Shown here one piece after another: positions 61,040 to 64,000 of a DNA stretch of 64,000 nucleotides (the first letter of the stretch is position 1; every line of letters starts with the position of its first letter). The notes under the pieces are model-generated. The model ran no database searches and had not been told where the DNA came from. It saw only the letters and a list, made by a program, of their open reading frames with translations. The DNA is taken from positions 6,386,001 through 6,450,000 of the forward strand of contig JAYWIR010000001.1 in assembly GCA_036172245.1 (NCBI GenBank). The letters run 5' to 3'. This stretch comes from Raillietiella orientalis (Eukaryota). The position numbers and the translations under genes were made by a program.

Positions 61040-64000
61040 TTTGGGAATTCGAGTTCAGTTATTTATAATTTTCCGATCGCTCTTTCCTTCTTTCATGATT
61101 CCGCAAGCCACCGGTGAAACATGCTGTTGCAAAGATGCCTGCTGCCTAGTGCAAGGCAGCGCGCCAAACCTCCTCCCGAAAAGAGACCATCGACAACTGA
61201 GCGGCACTCGGACGGAACACCGAAAGGCGACACTCGGTGTGGGCTTCAGTGCGAAAATGTAGTGTTACCCACAAGTGTTGTCGAAGTTCGGTTGAGGGTG
61301 TGTTCAAACCTCTGTTAGGCTTTGCTACAAACTGCAGTCCCGGCACCCACCTCTCGCTTGACGGGCCGGGTAAAACGGTGAATGTGCTCTTTTGTTTGGG
61401 AGTGTCATTTCCTTCCGAAGCCCTCGAGCCCCGTCAGGCGAGGCGCGGGACTGCTGGAGGTACTGCCTAATCGCCAGCAGCATTCCGGTTCTGACAGGAA
61501 TGGAACCTACTAAGGACAGAGGCAAGAATTCCCGCGGTAAAGCTGCCTCGCAAATTGGTGGGGGATTTGAAAAGTTCTTGCTAAGTGATTGGTCACAGGG
61601 AGGATCAGGGACACTTGGAACTGTGGGATGAGAGAGAGGTCGCAATGGATGAACGGGCGCTTTGGCGTTAGGATCGGTTGCCTTGCACGCGCTGTCCCTC
61701 TCATAGTGCTGGATGTTCCGCGGAAGGTGTCGTCTCGGAACCGCACGTTCCCATGGCAGCGCTCAATTTCTCCGGTGCTACGCGTCAGTTCATAGTGGCC
61801 TGCAGGAACTTATGGGGTAGGTAGAGGGGAGGTGATCAGCAATGAGTACGCAAGCCGAAGTCTCTGAGGAAGTCCGGTTGCATCAGAAAGGAAGCAGGAG
61901 AAGCCGTCTTGTTGCATGTTGGGTCGCGCACGCAAAGAGCAGTTCCGTTCGGGTTCTCAGGAGCGCCCCCCATGCTCCCTTCCCCATATCTCGGTGGTCC
62001 CAAACCGGGGAACCCTGAGGAAACGTTGCTGCCTCCGTTACTGACGTCGGCGACCCTTCGCTGGGGCGGAGAGATGCGAAGCGTGATTCGGGTGTCCCCT
62101 TGCTACCCCAGACGCTTTTGCAGTGTGGAGGACGGGCTCTTACTCATCGTGAGGAAACAGGAGGAGGAGGAGGAACCAAGACATCAGACAACGGTCCGTT
62201 CTCGAAGCGAGAGGTGGTGACAAAGTTGAGAGGCCAGTTGCCGCTCTGAACAGCCTCCTGCTCGCGCACGCCTTTCGATCTCGCATCTCTGAGCAGCGCA
62301 TCCTTCCCTCCTTCGGGACTCGACCGATCTGCCTAGACCTGATCGCGATGAGTTGAAGGTGAGCTGCAGCTCTTCCTTGCCGAAGACATGCGAAATTTTC
62401 ATGCACCTGAGACTGAGTTGCGACTAGTGTAGAAGAAGAGATATGCAACTTCGGCTTTGTCTTTGGGGGTGTGTTAACCACCACAAGGAGGATGCAAGAT
62501 TGAGTTCGAACCGTTCGCTACGCAGCCAGTCTGCTCTCCTGAACGATCCGTCAGAACGACGCGACTGGACGCACAAGCGACTAATCACGAGGATGCAACG
62601 TGCAGGCACTTGGTCCAGAAACGCGCACGCATGCTGTTGGTGTACACCAAGATGGAGGAGGAGCTGGGAGGAAGACTTCAAGGTGATCGGCTCGCATTCA
62701 AGTTGCCTGCGCTTGAGATTCAAGATGCTCCATCTGACGCGGACGACGCCTTCACAAGAAAAGCCACGGGCCGCTCATAGAGTCAAAAATTTCAGCGGCA
62801 GACGGACACGGAAGGCAAACACTGAAGATGCGAGCACAAGAAGTCTGTCCAACCACCTGCTTCAAAGTAGCTGCGAAAGACGTGCTGCCTCACCTCATCA
62901 GAGATTCATGAGCATGGACCCAAGTGGTCTTGATGCGGCGGATGCACAATTCATCTTGCGAACGCAATGAAACGAATCAGATTAGAAAGCCTTCATCAGG
63001 AAAATCACAGATTCCAGATCTAAAGTTTCCTCCCAACAGATAAGTGTAATGTTTAACCCGATATATCCATTCTGCTTCCTTCTTATGTAATTGGGTTCTC
63101 TCAGATACAAAAGCTGCACATTTCTTGAAATGTATATTTGAATGATTCGATAGGTCGATTCCATCTGAGTGGAGGTATTGAAAGCGCTCACTGGCAGATC
63201 CGAATTTCGCTGGCACTTGGTCAACGAAAGACTCATCTTGCCAGACTGAAGAGGCTTCAATCAAAAAGATGTCTGTGAGAAGTCCTAAAAGTCGTTTTGC
63301 TGTCCATTCCAAGAGGAAATGGCTCCAGCCATAGAGGAGAGAGCTCTCTCTGCATGCGCCACATAAGAGCTAAATCAAATGAATTCGACCTTTCCTTGTC
63401 AGCTGCTCACCAAAGGCGTTGGATCAAATCAAAGTGATTGGGACGCAAATGCTACTAGAACTGTGGATTTTCACATTCTGATACGCTGCTCCAAGACTCA
63501 AGATCAGCCAAGACGCGCGGATGAGAAATGGATGAGCATTTTGAGGGCAGATCATTTTGAGGGAGCTTGCGGAAACCAAAACACACTCATGTGCAAGACA
63601 CGAGCATCCACTCAGGTCTTCAGAAGATAACACGGCCTGCCTTTTGGACCTGAAGCTGATGGCTTCGGCGGCAGAACAAAGAGTTTCGCTTTGGTTTTTC
63701 CAACTCCATCGACGTGAATACAAAACGATAAAAAGAGATCCAAAACACCAAGGGTTCGAAGAAAAGTACTGTGAAATAAGGATTGCGCTGCCATTTATTT
63801 CGTTGCTCGATTGTGATCGTAAAACGTCCCTCCGCCGATACCGGAAAAAAATACCAACGTATCCATAAATAATGGAAAGCGTTTTCGCAAGAATGAGGCA
63901 GCACGTGAGAAAAAGGTAGTAAATTTAGAAAAAGAGGAATTTTCTCTCAATAGCCCATGGTGTCGTAATTCTGTGTTGACCAGATATTTAACCTCAGCCA
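61040..64000 (+). mobile_element. Long decayed L1/Tx1-type element (ORF1-like, APE, linker, RT start), running off the window
   Basis: LRWGGEMRSV (~LGGDFN), SNRSL..LLND, WEEDFKVI, LLTKG..SDW..TVDFHILIR (~LLPKG..NWRPI..VDYKIL), ACLLDLK. Confidence 0.55.

Noticed and set aside
1-64000. CRISPR array, operons or prokaryotic defence systems
   Set aside because: The DNA is intron-containing and eukaryotic, and no regularly spaced repeat-spacer array was seen.

Overview
Eukaryotic (animal-like, possibly arthropod/crustacean; inference only) genomic DNA with spliceosomal GT-AG introns, many only 33-90 nt. I spliced four genes by hand. (1) A full-length but highly divergent SMC1-family cohesin gene (minus, 22 exons, 28196-39610, about 1208 aa) whose Walker B catalytic Glu is replaced by Gly and whose Q-loop Gln appears lost. 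(2) MCCC2 (minus, 8 exons). (3) SPC25 (plus, 4 exons). (4) An AIG1/GIMAP-like GTPase (minus, at least 5 exons). Most of the rest, including the GC-rich first 28 kb and the large introns, is a graveyard of decayed L1/Tx1-type non-LTR retrotransposons. Three copies of one family share a structured 3' UTR. Base composition is patchy, and one AT-to-GC transition falls inside the SMC1-like gene. Nearly all long ORFs in the GC-rich part are spurious. All homology calls come from motif recognition by eye, not database searches.
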